A DNA stretch of 59,416 nt. It comes from a virus. Lineage: Duplodnaviria; Caudoviricetes. Where the stretch lies: IMG/VR virus record IMGVR_UViG_3300036790_000129, positions 1 through 59,416 of that record. One strand, 5' to 3'. Below the pieces are notes generated by a model. It made no database searches. It saw only the letters and a list, made by a program, of their open reading frames with translations, and was not told where the DNA came from. Of this stretch, positions 39,032 to 48,431 are shown in pieces (position 1 is the stretch's first letter; the number at the start of each line of letters is the position of its first letter). The position numbers and the translations under genes were made by a program.

Positions 39032-39454
39032 TCAGCTCGCATACTGCGCGATGAACCGGATATTGCCGTCGCGGTTGTCCAGAGCTGGCGTGTAGTCGAA
39101 GGGTACATTCTGCGCATGGAGCGCATCGACCATCTTCAACGCAATGCCATGCACTTCCTCGTCGGATTTGTCGGCCAGCTTGTTGACGATCTCCGGATTG
39201 ACCGGGGTGCGATCGGGTTCCTGAATCGGCTTGGGTGCCTCTTCGGGATTGATGCCGCCAAGCGATTCGATCAGTGCCATCTTGGAGGCGTTGTGCGGAC
39301 TTTCCACCGCCAGATTGCCATTGGCCAAGAAATACAGGCCATGTTGGTAGAACTTGACGGCGGTATCACGCGCGTCGGGCTCGCCCGTGCCTTGGAACAC
39401 CTGACCGAACGGGAGATCGCGATTCAATTTCATCTGCAACAGACTCATGGTCAT
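39032..39454 (-). CDS. Hypothetical head-associated protein
   Basis: KLNRDLPFGQV...FYQHG; coupled in operon. Confidence 0.6.
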   Translation of the reverse strand: MTMSLLQMKLNRDLPFGQVFQGTGEPDARDTAVKFYQHGLYFLANGNLAVESPHNASKMALIESLGGINPEEAPKPIQEPDRTPVNPEIVNKLADKSDEEVHGIALKMVDALHAQNVPFDYTPALDNRDGNIRFIAQYAS

Positions 39455-39777
39455 GCCCTCTGCTTGCCGAACTGGTTCGTGCGAACCGGGAACTGGTCGT
39501 TTTCGCCCTGCCCGGCCATCGGCTCACGCAGGGACAGTCCATCACCGAGCGGGAGATCACCGGAGCGATCCGCCGTGATCTCGGCATGGGTACGCATGAT
39601 GTGCTTCGAGCGCCGGGACGCCATGCCATCATCCGTCGTGGAATTGTAGTTGGGCTCCATGGAAGGTAGATCCGGATCGGCCCGGTTCACTTCCAGTGCC
39701 ACGTTGAACGCCGGCATGGGCGCAGACAGCGCCTCGGCCAACGTCAGTTTTTCGGGGGCAGGTTTGTTCGACATCAT
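39451..39777 (-). CDS. Hypothetical protein
   Basis: GGAGAG RBS; ATGA overlap downstream. Confidence 0.55.
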   Translation of the reverse strand: MMSNKPAPEKLTLAEALSAPMPAFNVALEVNRADPDLPSMEPNYNSTTDDGMASRRSKHIMRTHAEITADRSGDLPLGDGLSLREPMAGQGENDQFPVRTNQFGKQRA

Positions 39778-39845
39778 GACTCTCCACGCGAGGAGGGCGC
39801 ATCGGCTTACCGACACGCCCTCGTAGGTTCCAGTCTACGCGGGAA

Positions 39846-40172
39846 TCAGCCCCACTGCAGCTTGGCGCCCGCTCCACCGTTGTCCACGGCACCACGCTCG
39901 GGGCCATCCGGCTTGCCGGTGGAGTCATCGCGACCCTCACCGAGCGAATCGGGTTCCTCGTCGTGGAAATCATCGCATTCGGACAGGCCCATCACGAGGG
40001 ACTGTCCCGTCGATGGCGGCCGGCGACTGGACTTGTCACCAAACTCGGGGCCGGTGACGGCATTGGCGCCTTCGAAGTTCTCACCGGTCGGAAATTCATC
40101 CGGACCCAGCTGCGTTTCGCCGTTGCCGGCGGTCGCCTTGCGGGATTCGGGACTGCTGCGTTCGCTACCCAT
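39846..40172 (-). CDS. Acidic disordered hypothetical protein
   Basis: AGGAG RBS. Confidence 0.55.
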   Translation of the reverse strand: MGSERSSPESRKATAGNGETQLGPDEFPTGENFEGANAVTGPEFGDKSSRRPPSTGQSLVMGLSECDDFHDEEPDSLGEGRDDSTGKPDGPERGAVDNGGAGAKLQWG

Positions 40173-40201
40173 GACGATTCTCCTGTGACGGGCGAGGTGG
40201 A

Positions 40202-40657
40202 TTACGGAGTGATCTGGTCGTACCCGACCACCACGATCACGGTTGCAGTACCGGCGGGCGTACCTCCCGTGGGTGCCACGAAGGTGACGATGAGGTCATG
40301 CAGGCCAGCACCGGAATTGTAGTTGCCGGCGAGGTAGACCGCCGTGGCGGCATTGCCATACTGGTTGCCGACACCGAACAGGCCACCGGTCACATCGGAC
40401 GCACCAAAGGTGTTCCCGGCGGCGAGCGCGCCCGGCGACAGCTGGCCGAAGGCATTGGCCGTGGTGCCGTCACCGATCTGCACGTTGGCCGGCGTGGTCA
40501 CCTGCGTGAATAGGACCGTGGCCGAGAACAGGATATCGCAGACGCGGGCCATCTTGGCGCCACGCGGAATCTTCATCTTGGCGGTCGAGCCGCTGGCGAA
40601 GTTGACACTCGGAAAGGTATAGCATACTTCCGAGAGGTTGTCGTAATTGCTGGACAT
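40202..40657 (-). CDS. Putative capsid decoration protein
   Basis: Beta-rich 151 aa directly downstream of MCP; GGAG RBS. Confidence 0.6.
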   Translation of the reverse strand: MSSNYDNLSEVCYTFPSVNFASGSTAKMKIPRGAKMARVCDILFSATVLFTQVTTPANVQIGDGTTANAFGQLSPGALAAGNTFGASDVTGGLFGVGNQYGNAATAVYLAGNYNSGAGLHDLIVTFVAPTGGTPAGTATVIVVVGYDQITP

Positions 40658-40683
40658 GATCGTGTCTCCGCGAAATGGGTGGA

Positions 40684-40709
40684 AGCGCGGCGCCTTTTAA
40701 CGCCGCGCT
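40684..40709 (-). terminator. Hairpin after MCP stop (no U tract)
   Basis: AGCGCGGCG-TTAAAAGG-CGCCGCGCT. Confidence 0.45.
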
Positions 40710-40713
40710 CAAA

Positions 40714-41604
40714 TCAGCTGGCCGAGTTCCACTTGACGATACGGGCATTGGCCGCGTCCGCCGTGGAGGCGCCATGCACCAGACCATAACCGCCAAGGTA
40801 ATACCACGCGATGCCGCGCGAACGGCCGAAGTCGGTGGGGATCTTGCCTCGGATCTCCTCGGGGATGACCATGGCCTCGGCCACCGTGTCCTCGCCAAAG
40901 AAGAAACACCAGTCGGACACACCACCGGTCCATGGCACCGGGTTACGGAAGGTGTAGCCGGAAGCATTCACCGCACCGCCGTGCGCGATGGCCGTCTGCT
41001 CGATGAAGCGGATACCCTCGTAGCGGCCGATCTCGCCATTGGCGATCAGCTGGAAGCCCGTTTCCACGTACTGGTGGATCGACTCCAGCGAATTCTTGAA
41101 CGTGCGCAGCGTGGTCGGCCACGCGATGGCGTAGTAGTCATCATCCACATACGGTGGGATGTTGGCTTCCTTCATCAGGTCCGAAATCGCCTTCACGTGC
41201 GAGTTGTTCATCGCGATCGCGTTGGTAATGCCGGTCGCGCCGACACTGGAGGTGACCGAGGTGGTGGAGTTGCCACCGGTCGGAGCCACCTGCAGCACGG
41301 TCGAGTTGAACTGTGCCCATGCCGCGCCGTCCAGCGTTTCCTTCGCATCCACCTTCAGCACCTTGTGGATGATCTCGGTGACCGGGTGCTTGGACATGTC
41401 ATCCAGCTTGCCGGTGTACGGCACGCTGTTGCCGTACTCGGTGATCGTCAGGCTGGCCTGACCCACCGTGAAGTTGGTGGACGGCATATCCACATCTTCA
41501 CTGATCTGGCCACCGCCGTTGGCGACACGCGAGTAAGTGTTCCAGTTGAACAACTGGCCGCTGTGCAGACCTTTCTCGGTCGCATCCTTGGCATCGCAAA
41601 ATTG
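40714..41604 (-). CDS. Major capsid protein, exon 2 (N4-gp56-like); spliced product 331 aa
   Basis: Begins QFCDAKD...; ITEYGNSVPYTGKL, GEIGRYEGIRFIEQT, IPTDFGRSRGIAWY. Confidence 0.9.
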   Translation of the reverse strand, partial: QFCDAKDATEKGLHSGQLFNWNTYSRVANGGGQISEDVDMPSTNFTVGQASLTITEYGNSVPYTGKLDDMSKHPVTEIIHKVLKVDAKETLDGAAWAQFNSTVLQVAPTGGNSTTSVTSSVGATGITNAIAMNNSHVKAISDLMKEANIPPYVDDDYYAIAWPTTLRTFKNSLESIHQYVETGFQLIANGEIGRYEGIRFIEQTAIAHGGAVNASGYTFRNPVPWTGGVSDWCFFFGEDTVAEAMVIPEEIRGKIPTDFGRSRGIAWYYLGGYGLVHGASTADAANARIVKWNSAS

Positions 41605-42316
41605 TGAGTTGTTACAGTGACTTACGTCACCGGGCTGACCTTGCGAGGGCTAGCCTCTGCACGTCGCCGTGCAGGCCGGACTATATCATCAGACAAAACC
41701 AAAGCCTTGCCTGCGCAACGTGTAGTCTCTGAGGGTTCTATGAGCAAATCACGTTCGATAAAGAACTGCTTTTGCAACTCGGCGAATTCAGGAGTGTTAG
41801 CGTAAAGGTGACTTGTCGTGTTGCCACCTTTCGGAAATTTCTGCACAAAGTTGATTGCCTTGAGCATCACTTCCGCCTGTCCTCGTTTCGTCGTCAAATA
41901 AGGCAAGATCTCTGTCAGAACCTTTTTTGCCGAACCTTGGCTATGTACCACAATTGCCAGTTGATCCTTGTAATGGGCTTTTCTACGACGATTGATGTTG
42001 TAGAAAAAGACACATCCAAGTCCTTCCAGAATTCGGGATATTTTGGCAATCATTGCCACATCGGTATTGATGACGCGAAACTTTGGTCGCCAATAAGGCT
42101 TTCCGTTGGTATTCGCTTTCACCACCTGCCAATCGAGATTCCCTTCTCCATCTACGATCCCCGCTAGCCAAGCATAGTCTTCCCTGCTGATTGACCGCAC
42201 CGTCAGATTTTCACACTGTGGTACTGACGGATACTCGGTTATTCCAGCATTTAGTTGCGTTTTCATTCCGCCAATTACACACGATCTTTAGGATCGTGTC
42301 AAGAACCCGAAGGTCA
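41605..42316 (-). mobile_element. Group I intron (712 nt) in the major capsid gene
   Basis: P AAATGCTGGAA (42252-42242), Q AATCAGCAGGG (42192-42182), R TCAGAGACTACA (41732-41721), S ATGATATAGTCC (41689-41678); P3 CGCAAC/GTTGCG; P1 TTCCGT/GCGGAA with U-G; P10 AATTG/CAATT. Confidence 0.92.
41622..42266 (-). CDS. Intron-encoded single-motif LAGLIDADG homing endonuclease
   Basis: WLAGIVDGEG; NTD; ILPYLTTKRGQA. Confidence 0.92.
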   Translation of the reverse strand: MKTQLNAGITEYPSVPQCENLTVRSISREDYAWLAGIVDGEGNLDWQVVKANTNGKPYWRPKFRVINTDVAMIAKISRILEGLGCVFFYNINRRRKAHYKDQLAIVVHSQGSAKKVLTEILPYLTTKRGQAEVMLKAINFVQKFPKGGNTTSHLYANTPEFAELQKQFFIERDLLIEPSETTRCAGKALVLSDDIVRPARRRAEASPRKVSPVT

Positions 42317-42421
42317 ACGGAACTTTACGGTGGGCAAGAGCGCCATGCGCAGCACATTGCTGAGCTGGTCAGCGTACATATAGCCACCCAAAGTATTGAC
42401 GCTCCATACTTGACCTGACAT
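42317..42421 (-). CDS. Major capsid protein, exon 1 (MSGQVWSVNTLGGYMYADQLSNVLRMALLPTVKFR)
   Basis: GGAG RBS after scaffold gene; joins exon 2 in frame as KFR|QFCD. Confidence 0.88.
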
Positions 42422-42440
42422 AGCACTTTCTCCGGTTGAA

Positions 42441-43595
42441 TCACTGTGGATTGAGGCGACGCCCGAAGTTGCGATGTGACTGCATCATGGCCACGGCCTG
42501 TGCATTGGACATGGCTTCATCATCGGTCGTCGTTTGTATAGCACCACTGGCCGTCACGCTGGAGGGCAGGCCGCGCTTCTGCTCAACGATGTTGCCGCGT
42601 GGGCCACCGAAGAACTGCTGTTTGCCCCAGTCACAGGCATCGCGGGCCACATCGACAGCACGGCGGTCACGATTCTCGGGGAGCGCCACCAGCTGCTTGA
42701 AGTATTCAAACGTGGCAACGCGCGCGACTTCGTTCTTGCAGATATCGGGGTATTCCCGAAGGGCCATCGTGTCGATCTGGGCGTTGATTGCCTGAATGCG
42801 TGGATTGACGGGTATAGAGGTGGGTGTGGTGGCGACGGGGGCGGCCTTGGCGACCGCAGCACGTACCCGGGTTTCGATGTCCTCGGCCGACAGGGTTTCC
42901 CCTTTGGCTCGCCGCAGGATCTCAAGGATCGCGGCTTGGGCATCGTTTTCATCACCCGAATAAATCTGCTTGGCCAAGCGTGTGGCCAGTCCCGTCAATT
43001 CCTGTTCCGATGCGCCAGAACCGGGGAGGTTCCGATCCGCTGGAGCGGCGGATCTTGTGGCTGGGTCAGCTTGACCCGCAGGCTTGGCCTGCCGTAGTTC
43101 CTCTCGCACGCGGACAGAATCGGCCAGCTCACGCTGCAACCGGTTGATGGTGATCTTGTCCTGTGCCATCCCCTCGTCTTGCTCACGACGGCGCAGATAC
43201 CCTTCAACACCACCTTCCCGGTCGATGTCCGCTTGGGACACCCGAATCTCGCCTCCTGCGACGGGGATGTTGACATAGCTCGCAACGGCTTGTCCAGTGG
43301 GTGTCGTGGGCGTGCCCGGTGAAGTGGGCGCCGTAGGTGCGGTATAGGTTTCGCCGCGCGCCTCGGCCTCCATCCGCGCGATACGCTCAGGATCATTCTC
43401 GGCCTGACCCTGCGCTGTCTCGCGCTCGCGGATCTTGTCCGCCTTGATAAACATCCCTTTGCGTGCTGCAAACGGGTCAATCTTCACCGGGTGCAGTTCG
43501 TCACCCTTGGGTACGACGGCCGATGCACCGTTTGTGAGATCCCCGCGATCGAGCGCGGCCTGCGTGGTCTGAATGTCCTGCTTGACGCTGCTCAT
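42441..43595 (-). CDS. Scaffolding protein
   Basis: Helical protein between portal and MCP; GGGAG RBS before MSSVKQD. Confidence 0.7.
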   Translation of the reverse strand: MSSVKQDIQTTQAALDRGDLTNGASAVVPKGDELHPVKIDPFAARKGMFIKADKIRERETAQGQAENDPERIARMEAEARGETYTAPTAPTSPGTPTTPTGQAVASYVNIPVAGGEIRVSQADIDREGGVEGYLRRREQDEGMAQDKITINRLQRELADSVRVREELRQAKPAGQADPATRSAAPADRNLPGSGASEQELTGLATRLAKQIYSGDENDAQAAILEILRRAKGETLSAEDIETRVRAAVAKAAPVATTPTSIPVNPRIQAINAQIDTMALREYPDICKNEVARVATFEYFKQLVALPENRDRRAVDVARDACDWGKQQFFGGPRGNIVEQKRGLPSSVTASGAIQTTTDDEAMSNAQAVAMMQSHRNFGRRLNPQ

Positions 43596-43966
43596 GCGGA
43601 TTCTCCCTTGTTGTTGATGGCCTCGGCGGCACGTTCGCCATCGTGGATGTACTGATTGAGGCGCCCGAGGATGCCAGCGGATATCCGCGCATCGAAGTGG
43701 GCCTTGCGTGCCGCCTCCGTATTCAGGTCGGTACAGTCGAGGAGACGCTGGCACAGCATCTGGGTGTCCATTTCGCACTGCGCGATCATCATCGCCATCA
43801 CCTTGGCAATGTCCTTGCGCTGCGCCACGCCACGCATGATGCCCTTGGCCGCGTCGGCGAGATACAGGCTCTGCCACAGCGGCGCATCGTCATCGAGCGT
43901 TTCGAGCTGGCGCGCAATCGCCGCGACAGGAGCGCGGAAACCATCGAGTGGATCGGTAGGGGTCAT
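43592..43966 (-). CDS. Hypothetical protein after portal
   Basis: Coupled to portal stop and scaffold start. Confidence 0.65.
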   Translation of the reverse strand: MTPTDPLDGFRAPVAAIARQLETLDDDAPLWQSLYLADAAKGIMRGVAQRKDIAKVMAMMIAQCEMDTQMLCQRLLDCTDLNTEAARKAHFDARISAGILGRLNQYIHDGERAAEAINNKGESA

Positions 43967-46548
43967 CAGATGTTCGTCTGGTATTGCGGTGGTTGACCCA
44001 GTTGCTGCTCACTGGGCGCGGTGACCATGGGCTGGTTGGGCATCTGCGGCAGCACGGTGCCCGGCGGCGTCTGTGGTTTGGGCGGGGGCGGCATCTTGCC
44101 GGCCTGCAGGTAGTCGTTGGACGAGGCCACATCGGCTTGGAAGGGTTCTTCCGCGCCGATGTTGGAACCGGGCTGGTTGAGCGCGGTGGACTCGGCCTGA
44201 CCTTCGGCATCCACGGCCAGTACCGGTGGATTGGCGGACGCCATGGCGGTCTGCCGGGCCAGATCGAGCTCCATGCGCTGCACGGTGATGTCGTTGGACA
44301 GCTTCTCGCGGTTGAGCATGAGCTGGCCACGTGCCACGTCGTTCTTTTCGTGTTCCAGCTGCAGTTCGATGTAGGCCATCTGCAGCTCCATTTTCTTGAT
44401 CTCGAACGCGGTTTGTGCCTCGGCCTGCTGGATCGCGATCTGACCTTGCATCTTCATCTGCTGTAGGCGTTCCTGACCCTGCACACGCACCTGTTCGCGT
44501 TGGATGAGGCCCTGATTGTGCATTTCGCCCGGATACAGTTTCATCATCAGCGTCTGCAACTGCTGCTGCAGCGTGGCCACTTTCGGGTTTGGATCGGGCT
44601 TTCCGGCATCCCCAAGGAACGGGAAGAACCGCGAAGGGTCCGCGAATCCCGCCGCCGCCCAAATCTCCTTCAGGATCTCGGCCTGATTGGACTGATAGGC
44701 GGTCATCGGGAACATCTGCATCGTCGTCGTCATCGCGGTGGTGATCCGCTCCAGACGTTTCTGTGGATTGGTCGAGCCAAAGCCGACATTGACGATCACC
44801 TTGGTCTCGGTGCCGAGCGCCTTCCAGAACTGGCGGGCACCCTGTGCCATTTTCGCGCCGATGATCGACGCAAGGTGCGCATCGGTTTCCCAGCGTTTCT
44901 CCAGATCGAGGATCTGGGTCAACATCTTGACGAAGAACGTCGAACACAGGGTGTGCAAGTCGTACTCGGTCATCTGGTCGGCTGCGGTGCCGATCATTTC
45001 CAGACCACCGACGGTTTCGTTGAGGTTGCGGTTGTTGGCGATGCTTCCTTGATTGAAGTTGCCGATCAGGTCATCGAGCTCGGTACTCAACACCTGATGC
45101 TCCTGCATCATGCCTTGAGGTGCTTCCGGCGAGCGATCCCACTTCACGTCCTGTTGCGGGTTGTCCATTTCGACTACCGCGCCGGGTGAGAACCGCGCCA
45201 GTGCGTGCAGGTCGATCGCCGTATTGCGCTTGATGAACATGCGCCCGGAAGTGGCCATCTTGTTGGCGTCAATCGACAGATTGGTAATGTCGTTGATTTC
45301 ATCCTGAATCCCAGACATCAGCGTGGTCGCGCCGACATTGAACGGGTTGTGTGATTCGAGCATGTTCGAGCCGATCACGTAGGGCCTGTATCCACGCGGA
45401 TCGAATTCTGACAGCGGGATCACGTTCGACAGCATCAGCGTAGTACCGACGGTATCGAAGATATAATCCTCACCCTCGATACGCACGATGTTGCGGTGGA
45501 CCCAGCAGATCGCGTAATCGGAAGGGTCCGAGGATCGCTCGTAGCGGTTGACACGGTTGCGCTCACGCTGCATCCGGATCGCATCCCACTCGCCATTGTG
45601 GCCGCCGGACATCAGCTGGCCATCGGTGAGTGTTCGATACTGCAGCCGGGCGCGCGGGTTGGCCGCATACCGGCGCACGTCGCAGATGAACATCGGGATC
45701 ACTTCGGTCAGGAAGGGCGAGGAATTCACCACGTCCATCCAGTCAGCGGCCGGCGAGAAGCGGAACCGCTCGATCGGGATCAGGCTCCAGCCGGGCCGAT
45801 CCACGGTGGGCACCATGTCGATGCGCTTGACCGCCCCGAGCTCGGGATGCAGCTCATCGTAGTAGCGCGAGGCTTCCTCGTAGTCCCACTGGGTCTTGCC
45901 GATCACGAATCCCTGCCGATCGGCATCCTGCACGGAACCCACCACAAGGCGATACCAGCGGTCATCCTCCTGCAGGCGGTAGTTGAGCAACGCTTCCTGC
46001 ATACGCGCATCCAGCACCGAGCCCGCATCGCCATTGCTCGCCTGCACATTGACGATATCGGCCGAACCAAACAGGGAGATACAGGTCGAGGCTTCGCGCT
46101 TGCGGGTCATCGCGCGGGTCTTGGGCCGGAACAGTCGCGAGCGTTTCTCGAAAGCGGTTGACCAATACTTGGAGCCCTTGGGATGCTCGGAGTTGAAGCG
46201 CGCCATGGCGTCGATCAGGCGGGTACGATGGCTGGCGTTGAAGTAGTCCTCGGCGGTGATGTAGGACTGCCGCGCCAGCGCCATGCAGCCGTCGTCCGAG
46301 AGCGGCGAGGATCGTCCCAGCTCCTTGGCCATGACGAGGGGCTTGGTCGGTCGCTCGGCATCCGGAGGGGGTGGGCGTGGTGCGCCGGGCAGGCGTTCAC
46401 CGCCCTGATCGTTCATCAGGCTAAGTCCCGTACCCGGCGCGGGTCCGGACAGGGACTGGGTGGGGATGAGGTCATTGGCCGACGTGCCCGGTGTGGACAG
46501 GTTCGCGCCTTCGAGTTTCTGCGAGGAGCTCGGGTTCCACTTAGTCAC
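43966..46548 (-). CDS. Portal protein (P22-like with long coiled-coil barrel); start uncertain
   Basis: RSRLFRPKTR; IQDEINDITNLSID; NETVGG; Q-rich C-terminal coil; position after TerL. Confidence 0.85.
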   Translation of the reverse strand: MTKWNPSSSQKLEGANLSTPGTSANDLIPTQSLSGPAPGTGLSLMNDQGGERLPGAPRPPPPDAERPTKPLVMAKELGRSSPLSDDGCMALARQSYITAEDYFNASHRTRLIDAMARFNSEHPKGSKYWSTAFEKRSRLFRPKTRAMTRKREASTCISLFGSADIVNVQASNGDAGSVLDARMQEALLNYRLQEDDRWYRLVVGSVQDADRQGFVIGKTQWDYEEASRYYDELHPELGAVKRIDMVPTVDRPGWSLIPIERFRFSPAADWMDVVNSSPFLTEVIPMFICDVRRYAANPRARLQYRTLTDGQLMSGGHNGEWDAIRMQRERNRVNRYERSSDPSDYAICWVHRNIVRIEGEDYIFDTVGTTLMLSNVIPLSEFDPRGYRPYVIGSNMLESHNPFNVGATTLMSGIQDEINDITNLSIDANKMATSGRMFIKRNTAIDLHALARFSPGAVVEMDNPQQDVKWDRSPEAPQGMMQEHQVLSTELDDLIGNFNQGSIANNRNLNETVGGLEMIGTAADQMTEYDLHTLCSTFFVKMLTQILDLEKRWETDAHLASIIGAKMAQGARQFWKALGTETKVIVNVGFGSTNPQKRLERITTAMTTTMQMFPMTAYQSNQAEILKEIWAAAGFADPSRFFPFLGDAGKPDPNPKVATLQQQLQTLMMKLYPGEMHNQGLIQREQVRVQGQERLQQMKMQGQIAIQQAEAQTAFEIKKMELQMAYIELQLEHEKNDVARGQLMLNREKLSNDITVQRMELDLARQTAMASANPPVLAVDAEGQAESTALNQPGSNIGAEEPFQADVASSNDYLQAGKMPPPPKPQTPPGTVLPQMPNQPMVTAPSEQQLGQPPQYQTNI

Positions 46549-47128
46549 GAGGGCGATTCCCCTGTCGAATTTCGATGATCTGTCCCGCACCTTGGGTGCC
46601 GATCACGCGGCCGGTACCATCGGACAGGGCCTGCTCGATGGCGACGCGCTGAGTGAAGCGGGTCGCCTTCATGTCGGATACGTCAGGGATGGCTTCGCCG
46701 CGCGGGTTGCGCTTGATCGTCAACATCCTGTCGATCGCGTAGACGGTGCCGGGGTAGCGGAACCGACGCAGGATCTCCCGGCCAGCCTTGATCGCTTCAC
46801 GCCGCTTGGGGTCGTTCATCACGTCGGTGTACTTGACGCGGTAGCCCCAGCGAGCGGAGAAGTCGAGGCAGAAGATGTTGAACACCTTGCCGAACTCGGA
46901 TGGCTGGATGGCCCACCGAAAGCCGGGCATCCGCTTGGTCAGCAGATCAGCCATGTCGGTGACGAGGATATGGGTGGAGGCGTGCAGCGTATGCAGGTCA
47001 TGGTGGTCATCCACGATGCCTTCAGGCTCACCGATCGGATCGTGGCCGGTCAGCGAGTTGCCAATGCCCTGCTCCTTGACCATGGCGGCCACCGCGGCAC
47101 GGGCACGTTCCATGTGGGTCTGACTCAT
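46541..47128 (-). CDS. Conserved hypothetical protein
   Basis: PGFRWAI...AGREILRRFR; upstream of portal. Confidence 0.65.
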   Translation of the reverse strand: MSQTHMERARAAVAAMVKEQGIGNSLTGHDPIGEPEGIVDDHHDLHTLHASTHILVTDMADLLTKRMPGFRWAIQPSEFGKVFNIFCLDFSARWGYRVKYTDVMNDPKRREAIKAGREILRRFRYPGTVYAIDRMLTIKRNPRGEAIPDVSDMKATRFTQRVAIEQALSDGTGRVIGTQGAGQIIEIRQGNRPRD

Positions 47129-47391
47129 TGTCCGTTCCAGTCCGGTGAGTTGGGATTCCAGTAATAAGGCAGGAACTCGACGAACATACGCGAGTAACCG
47201 GAATGGGTAGAGATCGCGAATGGTGCCCCGTTGCCGATCGAGATCATGGTGGGTGCATTGCCACCGAAGGCATACACTACCGGCACTTCCTGCGTGCCGT
47301 CAGCCATTTCGACCAAGGACGCAAAGTCGATCTGCCGGTAGCCCGGATTGGCTGGCGGAAAGCCAATGACATCGCGAACGCTGTAGGTCAT
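47125..47391 (-). CDS. Hypothetical protein
   Basis: ATGA overlaps. Confidence 0.6.
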   Translation of the reverse strand: MTYSVRDVIGFPPANPGYRQIDFASLVEMADGTQEVPVVYAFGGNAPTMISIGNGAPFAISTHSGYSRMFVEFLPYYWNPNSPDWNGQ

Positions 47392-47579
47392 GTTTTGTCC
47401 TTGTCCCGCGCTCGTGAGTTGGCCAGCATGTCGGTCATGATCTCGTGCTTGATGAACTCAAGTGTCCCCAGCTTTTCCGCCTGCGACAGCGGCGAGGTGT
47501 TGCACAGCGTCATGATCGCACGCCAGAACTTTGCCGTGTCATCCAGTGGCTCGGGATCGACCAGATTGACCACGCTCAT
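47388..47579 (-). CDS. Hypothetical protein
   Basis: GAGG RBS; KLGTLEFIKHEI. Confidence 0.55.
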   Translation of the reverse strand: MSVVNLVDPEPLDDTAKFWRAIMTLCNTSPLSQAEKLGTLEFIKHEIMTDMLANSRARDKDKT

Positions 47580-47580
47580 G

Positions 47581-47802
47581 TCAGTCCTCGGCGTACCGGT
47601 TGACTTCACCCTGATGGGGCCTGCCGCCCATGTGCAGCGCCAGATCCTCGGCACTGATTCCCTGCAAGGCCACCACCTCGACCGTGTGCGCAGCGGTGGA
47701 TACCCGAAAATCCTGCCCGGCCTGCAGCAGGATCGAACGGCGCCCAAGGCGGATCTCCACCGCATCGGGGCCGTCATTATGCACATGCACGAGCGAGCCC
47801 AT
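47581..47802 (-). CDS. Hypothetical protein
   Basis: Contiguous in operon. Confidence 0.5.
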   Translation of the reverse strand: MGSLVHVHNDGPDAVEIRLGRRSILLQAGQDFRVSTAAHTVEVVALQGISAEDLALHMGGRPHQGEVNRYAED

Positions 47803-47805
47803 GGA

Positions 47806-47946
47806 TCAGTGGCCGGTGAACTTCACGCCGTTCTTTTTGGCCACCTTTTTGTCGTTCTTGGTGTCCTCGGCAAACGCCTTTTTCACCGCGCCGGGCTTGG
47901 AGGTGGGCTTGGCCACGAACTCGGGTTTTTTCTCGGACTTTTTCAT
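47806..47946 (-). CDS. Small Lys-rich protein
   Basis: MKKSEKKPEF...; GAGG RBS. Confidence 0.5.
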   Translation of the reverse strand: MKKSEKKPEFVAKPTSKPGAVKKAFAEDTKNDKKVAKKNGVKFTGH

Positions 47947-48431
47947 GATGCCGTTCCTCTGAAAATATGCGTTCTGATGCGATGGCAGTTGGAACACACA
48001 ACGTCACACTTGACGATCTCAGTTTTCAGCCTTGCAAGGCTTGCACCATTATCCACCAGTGAACTTACATCGCTTAATTTTTCGCCACGCACATGATCGA
48101 GATCCATCACATACCATGGATACACTATTCCGCAATCCATGCACGGTCGATTTTTGATCTCGGCTACATATTTTCTGGCTGCTGTGCGTCGATGCCTGCC
48201 AGCTTCCAGTCTTTCGGCAATGTGCGCGTCACGATATGCCTTGTTCTTTTCTTTCGCCTTTGGGCTCGACCAGCGCGACTTGTGTGCCAGATAGTAAGCC
48301 CTCATGCGCTCTTTATCTTCTTCTGTCAGCGGCTTAATGCGACAGGCTTTGCACACTTTGTTGCGCGGCCAGTCCTTACGGAACTGATCATCCGGTTTGA
48401 TCTGGCCGCATTTGGAGCAAGTGTGACTCAT
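47943..48431 (-). CDS. HNH-family endonuclease with N-terminal Zn finger
   Basis: CSKC...CKAC; PCMDCG...DLDHVRGEK...EIVKCDVVCSNCHRIRT. Confidence 0.85.
   Translation of the reverse strand: MSHTCSKCGQIKPDDQFRKDWPRNKVCKACRIKPLTEEDKERMRAYYLAHKSRWSSPKAKEKNKAYRDAHIAERLEAGRHRRTAARKYVAEIKNRPCMDCGIVYPWYVMDLDHVRGEKLSDVSSLVDNGASLARLKTEIVKCDVVCSNCHRIRTHIFRGTAS

Noticed and set aside
40714-41553. ORF-track 279-aa capsid protein starting at TTG 41553
   Set aside because: The frame extends to 41604 and the true N-terminus is exon 1 (42421-42317) across the intron
41605-41620. Alternative 3' splice site after the nearest upstream G (...CTG|TAACAA)
   Set aside because: It would place TAA in frame after Arg35 and loses the P10 pairing
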